A stretch of DNA of 64,000 nt from an uncultured Solirubrobacterales bacterium (GCA_963701035.1 OY969562.1:1491459-1555458); one strand, 5' to 3'; positions 18,720 to 27,365 are shown, numbered from the stretch's first letter. Numbers and translations: made by a program. Notes: generated by a model not told the origin, from the sequence alone.

Positions 18720-19559
18720 ATGTGTTCGATGCCTGGTCTTTCCCCCATACGCCGCAGCTACGCGCTGCCGGCGGACTACCCGCAGTTCCTGGCCGAGATC
18801 AAGGCCCGGATCGGGGCTGCCCGGACGCGTGCCATGCTCGCGGTCAACGGCGAGCTGATCAGGCTCTACTGGGAGATCGGGCATGAGATCCTCGAGCGCG
18901 AGCAGCGCGAGGGGTGGGGTGCCAGGGTCATCAATCGCTTGGCGGCAGACCTTCGGCGGGAGTTTCCGGGCATCACAGGCTTCTCGCGGTCGAATCTCAA
19001 GTACATGCGCGCGTTTGCTGAGGCTTGGCCGGCAGAGGAGGGCGATGACTCAATTGGCCAACAGCCTGTTGGCCAATTGCCCTGGGGGCAGAACATTGCG
19101 CTGCTGACGAAGCTCAAAGACCGCGAAGCCCGCCTCTGGTACGCCGCCAAGGCTGTCGAGTACGGCTGGTCCCGCAATGTTCTGCAGGCTCAGATCGCGA
19201 CCGATCTCCGGGGGCGTCAGGGGGGCGCGCTGACGAGCTTCGACCATGCGCTGCCGGAGTCGGACTCCGAGCTGGTTCGCGACGCGATCAAGGACCCGTA
19301 CAACTTCGAGTTCCTCGGCCTGGCTGGGCGGGCGAAGGAGCGTGAGCTCGAGCAGGCGCTGCTTCGAGGCATCGACAGCCCGGTGGCGATTGCGCGCTAC
19401 ACGACAGGCGAGGTCACGCTGACGCAGACACCACCGCCGGAGATGCAGCCGGCGCTCCCGGACCTTCCCGCGCTGGCAAGCGAGCTATCCGACATCGTCG
19501 AGACAGCCCACACTGCGTACGACGACAAGGCAACGGAGGACGAGCCGGGAATCAGTTAG
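18720..19559 (+). CDS. YhcG/DUF1016 protein lacking the nuclease core, copy 2
   Basis: Same ALL|RGIDSP junction; diverged middle region. Confidence 0.75.
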   Translation: MCSMPGLSPIRRSYALPADYPQFLAEIKARIGAARTRAMLAVNGELIRLYWEIGHEILEREQREGWGARVINRLAADLRREFPGITGFSRSNLKYMRAFAEAWPAEEGDDSIGQQPVGQLPWGQNIALLTKLKDREARLWYAAKAVEYGWSRNVLQAQIATDLRGRQGGALTSFDHALPESDSELVRDAIKDPYNFEFLGLAGRAKERELEQALLRGIDSPVAIARYTTGEVTLTQTPPPEMQPALPDLPALASELSDIVETAHTAYDDKATEDEPGIS

Positions 19560-19571
19560 CACCCCACCCTT

Positions 19572-19600
19572 TGACGCGGGGCAGGACGCCCCGCGCCCAC
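19572..19600. repeat. Hairpin repeat B, copy 7
   Basis: Identical 29-mer, 12 nt after the DUF1016 stop. Confidence 0.9.
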
Positions 19601-19656
19601 CAGCCTTAGGGGTTTCAGTGAGCTGCGTGGATGCGACCCCAGACATACCCCTATTT

Positions 19657-20013
19657 ATCTCCGGTGGCTATTACAACGTCACGGGTGCAGAGAATGTCCG
19701 ATTGACCGACTATGAACACGCACATGATGAAGAAAAACCAGAACTGACCAGTGAACTGACCGGCCTGTACAGTTCTATAACCGGAGGCGCTTTTGATTTC
19801 GCTCTTGGGACGGCGTCTTCCGTCAGTGGCGGGGAGAGCTCGGCCAGTCAGGGGGTCGTTTCCTCGGTCACCGGAGGCTTTGAAAACAGCACAGACTCCG
19901 AAGGCTCCTCGATCGACGGTGGCTCCAACAACCGAACGCAGACGAGGAGCTTTGGAGCTGTCGGCGGCGGCCACGGCTTGGTCGAGGAAGTTGAAAATGG
20001 GTTCGGGAGCTAG
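19657..20013 (+). pseudogene. Cassette S7 (short, divergent Gly repeats)
   Basis: ISGGYYN..SSITGG..SSVSGG..SSVTGGFEN..GAVGGG. Confidence 0.65.
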
Positions 20014-20200
20014 GTGGCGGGGCGGGGTACGACCGGAGTTGCTTAGGGATGAGCTGGGAACAGCCGGCTCCGCTTTACTCAAGCTACGCAACTCGGCTGG
20101 GTGGTTACCGCAGCGTGCTTGCTTGCCGGCCGTTGCGTGCCGTCAACCCGCAGTTGTTATTCCGCGTAAACGTTTTGGGCGTTGTTGGTGGTCCCTGGGG
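20012..20200. repeat. Composite repeat A, copy 7
   Basis: GGGATGAGCTGGGAACAG..CTTTACTCAAGCTACGCAAC..TTATTCCGCGTAAACG. Confidence 0.9.
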
Positions 20201-20251
20201 CGGGCAGGCTCGGGGGCTGGTGGCGTCCTGGTTCGGAGAACGCGCCCATCA

Positions 20252-20483
20252 GTCTTGGGCAGGGTTGCGCGAAGGTCCACGGCGCCGATCGTGTGGATGC
20301 GGCTGAGGACCCACACGTCGGCGAAGTCCCGGTCGCGGGTATTGAGCTCGCCGCGCTCCATCATCGTCGCGATCTTCTCGGCCAGGGTCCGCTCGATCGG
20401 GTACGCGCAGAGCACAATGCCCGTGCCACCAAGGATCTCCGGGTAGCGGATCTCCTCGACCTCGCCCGGGTCGCCGAACTCCA
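20252..20483 (-). pseudogene. Fragment of AbiEii/AbiGii-like nucleotidyltransferase toxin
   Basis: YPIERTLAEKIATMMERGELNTRDRDFADVW motif; both ends missing. Confidence 0.7.
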
Positions 20484-20504
20484 GACTCCAAGAGCATTCT
20501 TGCC

Positions 20505-20882
20505 GGGAGTCGCGGCTTACAACCCAGGAACCGGGAGAGAAAGAATGTCGCGACTTGTCTTCCCGTGCTGATCCCACGCTGATCGTCGGCGACGAAGCCA
20601 ACAATTCCAGCATCGTCGCGAGCCAATAGAGCAGTCTTATACACTTTGGTCTTGTCGGTAAGCGTAAGATCTCGCAGCAACTCTAGATCCAAGAGGTTGT
20701 GACCATCGACGCGTTTGATCGCGAAATGAATGCCACGCTCTCGCTCAAGCTTGAGAAGGGCGAGACACTCCTCATTCTTGACGGTGCCGCTGACGACCGC
20801 GAGAAGTCCGGAGGGGCTGACCTTGGTTGACTGCACCACGGCGAGGTGGCGCGCAATCTCTTGTGAGCTAGCGACGAGGTGG
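20505..20882 (-). pseudogene. Internal fragment of a nucleoid-associated (NdpA/YejK-like) protein
   Basis: LALLKLE...K..KTA...DDQ...ATFFLSRFLGC pattern; lower GC3. Confidence 0.55.
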
Positions 20883-21133
20883 CTACCGCCGCCTACAAAG
20901 AGCTCGCGCTCAGCGCGGCTCCTGTCTCTGGCCGCGGCGCCAAGCGCGAGGCGATCGCACACTTCATCCGCGGCTCCACCGCCGGGGAGTTCACCGTCGC
21001 CGACGTCCGCGCAGCCGTACCCACGGCCAGCGACTCATACATCGACAAGACCCTCGCCCGCCTCCGCGACGAAGGCCTGATCGAACCTCTCGGCACCGGC
21101 CGCGGCGCACGCTGGCGGCGCGCGGCCGCCTAG
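20880..21133 (+). pseudogene. C-terminal winged-helix fragment, probably from a Fic-family protein
   Basis: AKREAI..FTVADVR..LARLRDEGLIEPLGTGRGARWRR; no start. Confidence 0.5.
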
Positions 21134-21795
21134 ATCCGTTCGATCTTCGCCAACCAGGCCGGCAACCCCTCGGGGCCGAATCTCGTCTGGATCCGATCCG
21201 GGCTGACGGAGGCAATCTTCCAGCCGTCGCCGGGTTTGAACGCTCCCCTCAGTGCCTCCTCACCGATGGGATGCGGGCCACTGCACTCAGGTCCGGCGTC
21301 GCTGAAGCAGAGCACGTGCACGTTCGCGCCGGGACCGGTCACGGAGGCCAGGCTCGTCACATAGGCTCGCCGCTCATCGCCGTCGAACGTGTGGAACAAG
21401 CCGCAGTCGAGCACCGTCTCGAACACTCGGCCCAAACGGTCCAGGCGCAAGGCATCGGCGAGCACGAAGTCGGCGTCGATGCCGCGATCCGTTGCCTTCT
21501 CCCGCGCGATCGAGAGTGCCGTCTCGGCCACATCGACCCCCACAACTCCCAGCCCCAGCGAGGCGAGGAGAAGAGCGTGCTCGCCGGTCCCGCAGCCCGC
21601 GTCGAGAACCGCGCCGGCGAACGCGCCTTCGTCCGCCAGACGCTGGATCGCGGGCTGTGGCGCTCCGATGTCCCAGGGCGCCGGGCCATCGACATACGAC
21701 GCATCCCAGCGCGCACCCGCCCGCCGCTCGTGACTGGTTGGCTGCCTCCCACTGGACGGATCGTCGACTCGGACTCCTCCGGCCTCCTCGGACAT
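21130..21795 (-). CDS. Class I SAM-dependent methyltransferase
   Basis: APWDIG..VLDAGCGTGEH..DCGLFH. Confidence 0.9.
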   Translation of the reverse strand: MSEEAGGVRVDDPSSGRQPTSHERRAGARWDASYVDGPAPWDIGAPQPAIQRLADEGAFAGAVLDAGCGTGEHALLLASLGLGVVGVDVAETALSIAREKATDRGIDADFVLADALRLDRLGRVFETVLDCGLFHTFDGDERRAYVTSLASVTGPGANVHVLCFSDAGPECSGPHPIGEEALRGAFKPGDGWKIASVSPDRIQTRFGPEGLPAWLAKIERI

Positions 21796-21977
21796 CTTCG
21801 TTCCTTCCTTTGTTCCCTTCCTACCACCGATCACTTGCGCTTCAGATTCAGCGCCACTGCCTCACGGACCCCCTAAGCAGTTGTCTACTCAACCGCCTGC
21901 TAGCTCGAATTCGAGTGTACGCGGAGGAGTTTTGGGGAAACCTAAAGGAGATGGGCATTGGAGCCGACACTTAAGCC

Positions 21978-22196
21978 ATGATCGTCCTCGCCATGATCGC
22001 CTTGGGCTGGCTGACGCTGATGACGCTGGTCGTCTCCTGGAGTCGCGCCGCGCGTCTCGGCGATCGGGCTCAGCACGAGATCCCCGCTCCCGCCGCCCGG
22101 TCGCTGTCGCAACCGGCGCCCCGGCCGATCCGTCTTCGCCGCACCGGCGCGCCCTACGCCGCCCGTCGCATCCACGAGCTCCAGCGCCCGTTCTAG
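21978..22196 (+). CDS. Small membrane protein
   Basis: Hydrophobic N-terminal helix followed by RAARLGD. Confidence 0.5.
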   Translation: MIVLAMIALGWLTLMTLVVSWSRAARLGDRAQHEIPAPAARSLSQPAPRPIRLRRTGAPYAARRIHELQRPF

Positions 22197-22270
22197 CTCC
22201 TCCCCAGCGCCGTTCTAGCTCCTCTTCAGCGCCCCGTTCTAACTCCTCTCCGGCGCCCGCTCTAGCTCCT
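22181..22270. repeat. Short tandem repeat, 4 x ~22 bp
   Basis: (C/A)GCGCC(C)G(T/C)TCTA(G/A)CTCCT units overlapping the stop of the upstream ORF. Confidence 0.75.
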
Positions 22271-22412
22271 GCGCGCCAAGGACATCCGCGGCGCGGGTCG
22301 AATGCGAAGTGGACATTAGTTCGGAAACAGCGGGGTCCCCGTCGCTTTCGTGCTCGTGCCGTCCGGCCACCGGGTAACAATAGTCACCCAGTCTTCGTCA
22401 CATCTGCCTCAA

Positions 22413-22694
22413 ATGATCCTGTTTGCGCTCATCGCCATCTGGCTCCTGCTGATCGCCTTCGTCGCGGCGCTCTGCCGGATCGCGGCGGCCGCCGACGATC
22501 GCACCGAGACCGCCGCCACGCGCTACCCCTCGCTGTCCTTCCAGCGGGCCCGGTTCGCGCTCACCGGGAGAAGAGCGTCGGGACGAGCGTCGAGGGGCTG
22601 CACCAGGAGCCCGCAAGCGACGCGGTCTGCGCGTCGAGGCCCGCAGGCATCATCTTCATCTCCGGGATCCGCTTGGCGGACAGGGAGCTCGTGA
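22413..22694 (+). CDS. Small membrane protein similar to 21978-22196 (3' end uncertain)
   Basis: MILFALIAIWLLLIAFVAALCRIAAAADD; 3' end overlaps the convergent gene. Confidence 0.35.
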   Translation: MILFALIAIWLLLIAFVAALCRIAAAADDRTETAATRYPSLSFQRARFALTGRRASGRASRGCTRSPQATRSARRGPQASSSSPGSAWRTGSS

Positions 22695-25044
22695 AGATCA
22701 GGCCGTGCTCGCGCAGGCTGGCGAGCACCCGGATCGGCGCGCGTGGGGAAACCCGCGGGCCAAGCGTCAGCCGGCATGTGAAGGTGCGATTGGCCGGCGT
22801 CGGGCCCGCGCAGGTGCCCAAGCGCCTACGGCCGAGATAGGCGCTGAGACGGACGCGGCCGGCGACCGTCGCGCGCGTGCTCATCGTCAGCTTGCGACCG
22901 ATCAGCATCGCTTGCGGTCGCGACACGCCGGGGGGCGGGTTGGATACCCGGAAGCCCGCGCTGCCACTCGCGCCGGAGGGAGCGCCGCCGCTCGCCTGCG
23001 AGCCCGTGCTCCCCGGGGCGCCCGTCGTGACTGCGGGGACGGCGACCGGCGCGGGAGCGGCGACCACGCCGATCGCCTGCTGGGCGCTGACGGAGGGATC
23101 GTCGCGTAGCCGCGCGACGATCGTGACCGTGCCCGGCGCCGAGGGCGCCGTATAGAGGCTCGTGAGGCCCTCGCCCCCTTCCGGAGCGAGCGTCCCCCCT
23201 CCACTGGAGCTCCATTCCACACCGCCGCCGTCGTTGCCGACGCTCGCGGTCAACGTGATGGCAGTGCCGGCGATCATTTCGCTCTGCGCGCCGCTGATCG
23301 AGACGCTCGGCTGAAGTGTCGAGCCGAGCGCCTGAAAGCCCACCGGACCCTGGTTGTATGGAGCCCAGGAGGACTCCGCGGTGGCCCCGGTCAGCCCGCC
23401 CGCTTCGCTCTCCAGATTGCCCGTCCCCGCGTTGAGCGAGGCCGCCGCATCGAAGTGGAGTTCCCTGCCGGCTTCGCCCAGCGGCAGCATCGTCAGCCAG
23501 TACGTCGTGCCCCTCGTGAGGGTGGTCGCGAGACCCGTCGCGCCGATCCACGAGCTCGGCGCGGGCTCCCCGGAGGCCGCGGCCGCCCCCAGCACCTGCC
23601 CGGGCCGGCCTCCTTCGTCGGCGAAGATGCCCATCGTCAGGCCGCTCACGCCCGGATCGGCGCTCGCGTCGGTGCGGAACTCGAGCTCTTCGACGATCCC
23701 GCTCGAGCGGGCCGTGAACTGGAAGGCTTCCTCGTGGCCCACCACCGTCTGGTCGGGTTCCCCGTAGGTGCTCGTGTCGTCTCCCACGAGCGCCCCGGGC
23801 CCGGCTTCTTTTTCGCCGACTTCGATCGAGACGGTGGCGATCTCTGGGTGGCGCGGAAACTGGCTGTCGGGGTCGGCGGCGCTGAAGCTGAAGGAGTCGG
23901 GGCCTGTGTAGCCGGGATCGGGGGTGTAGGTCACCTGGTTCCTGTCGATCGCGCTCAGCGTGCCGTGCTGGGGCTCGGAGACGATCGCGTAGCGCGGGGC
24001 GTTCGAGTCTTCCCAGGCCTTCGACGTGAGCGTCACCGGCTCCGCTTCGCCGGCCTGCGCGCGCGTCGATCCCGCGAGCGCGTCGAAGCCCGGGACGATC
24101 GTCGGTTTGGTCGCGTACGCGGGCACGTTCGGTTCGCTTGATTCTTTGACGAACCCGTCGGGGTTGACGTCCTCACGCAGCCAGTATTCGCCCGGCGGGA
24201 CGTCTGAGACTTCGACCCACTGGAAGGCCAGTTCCGACCCATAGACGTCGCGCCAACCGGGAGAGATGCCCTCGTACAGGCTGGTGGCGTTGGGTCGATA
24301 GCGCTGGCAGAAGTCGCGATACGGCGCGACGTTGTCGGCGTAGACGGGGTATGTAGGTCCGACTTTGGGTTCGATGTGTTCGCTGTCCTCGAGACAGAAG
24401 CCGACCTTCTGCGCCGGCGCCACTTCCGCGGTCTTGGTCGCGTTCCACAGCGAGTACTTCGCCACGTGCTGCAGGTGGAAGTGGTGGTGACCGTCGGCGT
24501 TCACGTAGACCAGTTCGGCGGCGCTCGGTTCATCTTTGTGTTCGCGTTCTAGATATATCTTGTTTTCTTTTTCATTGCTCGGCGTTCCGGGTTTCGTGGC
24601 GGGAGGTTTGCCGTTCGACGCGAAGACCCGCTGGAAGGCTTTCATCGGCGGCTCCGCCAGTTCTTCTTCGGTCTTCTGCGTTAGTTCTTCTTCTTTTTCG
24701 GCATATTCATTGACTTCTTTTTCGACTTCTCCTTCGGTGCGTCCAGCCACTTTCGGCGTTTCGCGCGAGCCCCGGAAGTCGAGCGCCCCGGGGCCCTCGT
24801 TGTGGACGTAGCCGTTGAAGCGCAGCAGCAGCTTCGCTTCCCCCGAGGACTTCAACCCGCCTTCGGTGCTGCTCGTTTCCAGGCTGACGTTGTCCGGAGG
24901 ATCGGCGACGAGGTTCGGCAGCGGGGCGGGTTCGCCCGCCGCGTGGGCCTGGCGCAGCGCGTATGCGAAGGACAGCCCGATCGCCAAGACCACTGCCATC
25001 GCCAGCCAGCCAAGGGAACGGGAGAGGTTTCGAATGGGGCTCAT
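22561..25044 (-). CDS. Secreted lysyl-oxidase-family protein with Ig-like modules
   Basis: Signal peptide; GHHHFH, KVGFCLEDS, GISPGWRDVY..QWVEVSDVPPGEY; PQHGTL..VTYTP..YTGPDSFSF module. Confidence 0.8.
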   Translation of the reverse strand: MSPIRNLSRSLGWLAMAVVLAIGLSFAYALRQAHAAGEPAPLPNLVADPPDNVSLETSSTEGGLKSSGEAKLLLRFNGYVHNEGPGALDFRGSRETPKVAGRTEGEVEKEVNEYAEKEEELTQKTEEELAEPPMKAFQRVFASNGKPPATKPGTPSNEKENKIYLEREHKDEPSAAELVYVNADGHHHFHLQHVAKYSLWNATKTAEVAPAQKVGFCLEDSEHIEPKVGPTYPVYADNVAPYRDFCQRYRPNATSLYEGISPGWRDVYGSELAFQWVEVSDVPPGEYWLREDVNPDGFVKESSEPNVPAYATKPTIVPGFDALAGSTRAQAGEAEPVTLTSKAWEDSNAPRYAIVSEPQHGTLSAIDRNQVTYTPDPGYTGPDSFSFSAADPDSQFPRHPEIATVSIEVGEKEAGPGALVGDDTSTYGEPDQTVVGHEEAFQFTARSSGIVEELEFRTDASADPGVSGLTMGIFADEGGRPGQVLGAAAASGEPAPSSWIGATGLATTLTRGTTYWLTMLPLGEAGRELHFDAAASLNAGTGNLESEAGGLTGATAESSWAPYNQGPVGFQALGSTLQPSVSISGAQSEMIAGTAITLTASVGNDGGGVEWSSSGGGTLAPEGGEGLTSLYTAPSAPGTVTIVARLRDDPSVSAQQAIGVVAAPAPVAVPAVTTGAPGSTGSQASGGAPSGASGSAGFRVSNPPPGVSRPQAMLIGRKLTMSTRATVAGRVRLSAYLGRRRLGTCAGPTPANRTFTCRLTLGPRVSPRAPIRVLASLREHGLIFTSSLSAKRIPEMKMMPAGLDAQTASLAGSWCSPSTLVPTLFSR

Positions 25045-25172
25045 CTGACCTCGAATGGGGCTCCCACGATGCTTCCTTCCCTGAGCACGAAGAACGACGC
25101 ACTGTACCGCCGCGAGGCCGATCGGGAAGCAGCTCGCTCGCCGATCGGCTCGTCAAGCTAGGCTTGCGCGCT

Positions 25173-27239
25173 ATGTCGAGCGAAGCGATGCGGGTCGGCT
25201 CGGCGCCGCGCGATTCCGCCGTCGCCGTGGACAGGCGCGATCCGTGGCGGTTGCTCGGGTTTATCGCTCTGATGCTGCTCGCCCCGGCGGCGATCGTCTA
25301 CCTGTCGTTCAACGCCGGCGGCTTCTTTCCGAGCGCGCCCGGCTATGCGGCGGTCGTGTTCGCGCTGGCGCTGATCCTGCGCACCACGCTCGCCGCGCGC
25401 CCGTTCGAGGGCTTCAGCCGCACGCTCGCCGTGCCGCTGGGGGCGCTCGTCCTGTTTGGCGCCTGGCAGCTCGCCTCGACGCTGTGGTCGCACGCGACCG
25501 CGCTCGGCCTCGACGCGTATGACCGCACGCTGCTCTACGTGCTCGCCTTCGCGCTGTTCGGCTCGCTGCGCTGCACGCCCGAGCGGCTGCGCTGGCTGGC
25601 CAGGGCGCTGTTCGCGGGGGTCGCCGCCGTATGCCTGATCGGGCTGCTCTCACGCGTGCTGCCGCACACCTGGCCGACCGTGAACGGCTTCTACGACGAT
25701 CGCCTCAACTACCCGCTGACCTACTGGAACGCCGAGGGCATGCTCGCGATGCTCGCGCTCGTGCTCGGCTTTCATCTGACCGCCGACCGCGCCGAGCACC
25801 CGGCCGTGCGCGTGCTCGCGGCCGCCCTGTTTCCCGGGCTGGCCGCGACGCTGCTGCTGACGTTCTCGCGCGGCGCGCTCGGCGTGACGATCGTGGGCCT
25901 GCTCGCCTACTGCCTGCTGACGCGGCTGAGCACGCTGCCGACCGCGCTCTTGGCGGTCGTGCCGGCGAGCGCGATCGCGCTGCGCTCCGCCTGGGACGCG
26001 ACGCTGCTGGCGAGCACCAAGCCGACGAGCGCCGCGGCCGTCGTGCAGGGCCGCCACGTGGCGGCCGTCGTCGGCGCGTGCATGCTCGGCGCCGGCCTGC
26101 TGCGAGCGATCTTGCTCCTCGCCGACGGGGCGATCGCGCGGACGGCGCTCGTGCGGACGCCGCCTGCTCGCGCGGTGCGGGTGTGGTCGGGCGTCGCGGC
26201 CGGGGTGCTCGTCGTCGTCGTGGCGCTCGCGCTCGGTACGGCCGGCTTCGCGCACCGCGAGTACGACAAATTCATCCACGGCACGAACGAAAAGCACCTC
26301 GTGCAGACGCGCGAACGGCTGTCGGACCCCGTCAACGACGGGCGACTGCCGCTGTGGAAGGCGGCGCTGCGGATCTACGAAACGGACAGCTTCCACGGCA
26401 CCGGCGCCGGCACCTACCAGCTCTACTACACGCGCTACCGCACGGTCCGCTCCTACGTCGTCGACACCCACTCGCTGTACCTGCAGAGCCTCGCCGAGCT
26501 CGGGATCGTCGGCTTCGTGCTGATCCTCGTCGTCGTGATCGGGATGCTCGCCGGGCTCGCCACGCGGATCCGCGGGCCCGGACGGCCGCTGTACGCGGCG
26601 CTGTTCGCGCTGACGCTCGCCTGGGCGATCCACCAGGCGGTCGACTGGGACTGGCAGATGCCGGCCGTCACGCTGGGGATCTTCATGCTCGCGGGCCTGG
26701 CGCTCGCGCGGCCCGCCGATGGACGGCCCGGGCGCTTCGGGCTGCCCTTCGGCCGCACGCTCGTCGCGCTCGGCTGGCTCGTGATCGCGGTCGCGCCGCT
26801 GCTCGGAGGCGTCTCCTACGCGCGCCTGCAACAGAGCGGGCTGGACCTGAAGACGCGCGGCGGCTGCGCGAGCGCCAAGCGCGAAGCGCTGTCCTCGCTG
26901 TCGCTGTCGGCCAAGCGCCCGCAGGCGTACGCGATCGTCGGCGTCTGCGATCTGGAGCAGGGCTTCGCCCAGGCGGCCGTGCCGGCGATGGCCCAGGCGG
27001 CCGCACTCGAGCCCGAGAGCTGGGAAGACGCCTTCTGGCTCGCCGACGCCCGCGCCGCCGCGGGCCTGGACCCGCACGCGGCGATCGCCCGCGCGATCGC
27101 GCTCAACCCGCTGGAGCGCGGGCTGCGCAATGCGGCGGAAGAACTGAGCGGCGACGAACGCGAAGGCTGGGAAGAAGCCGCCCCGCGCCTGCGCACGGAA
27201 GCGCTCGACTCGGGCAAGTTCGCGATCACGAACCTCTGA
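25173..27239 (+). CDS. O-antigen ligase family membrane protein
   Basis: Many TM helices; TFSRG, GTGAGTY, DTHSLYLQSLAELGIVG motifs. Confidence 0.85.
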   Translation: MSSEAMRVGSAPRDSAVAVDRRDPWRLLGFIALMLLAPAAIVYLSFNAGGFFPSAPGYAAVVFALALILRTTLAARPFEGFSRTLAVPLGALVLFGAWQLASTLWSHATALGLDAYDRTLLYVLAFALFGSLRCTPERLRWLARALFAGVAAVCLIGLLSRVLPHTWPTVNGFYDDRLNYPLTYWNAEGMLAMLALVLGFHLTADRAEHPAVRVLAAALFPGLAATLLLTFSRGALGVTIVGLLAYCLLTRLSTLPTALLAVVPASAIALRSAWDATLLASTKPTSAAAVVQGRHVAAVVGACMLGAGLLRAILLLADGAIARTALVRTPPARAVRVWSGVAAGVLVVVVALALGTAGFAHREYDKFIHGTNEKHLVQTRERLSDPVNDGRLPLWKAALRIYETDSFHGTGAGTYQLYYTRYRTVRSYVVDTHSLYLQSLAELGIVGFVLILVVVIGMLAGLATRIRGPGRPLYAALFALTLAWAIHQAVDWDWQMPAVTLGIFMLAGLALARPADGRPGRFGLPFGRTLVALGWLVIAVAPLLGGVSYARLQQSGLDLKTRGGCASAKREALSSLSLSAKRPQAYAIVGVCDLEQGFAQAAVPAMAQAAALEPESWEDAFWLADARAAAGLDPHAAIARAIALNPLERGLRNAAEELSGDEREGWEEAAPRLRTEALDSGKFAITNL

Positions 27240-27365
27240 GCGTCTCCCATCGCGCAGATCGGCCGCAAAGCTTTCGCGCCGGGCTGTCGGAAAACGGCCC
27301 GCCCGTTCGTATCGGTAGTCAAGAGGGATTTTCCCGTCAATGCAACAGGAGGCCAGGAGACGAAC

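Noticed and set aside
3119-20200. Repeats A/B as a CRISPR array
   Set aside because: Units are kilobases apart with genes between them, the repeats are long and composite, and no cas genes are present
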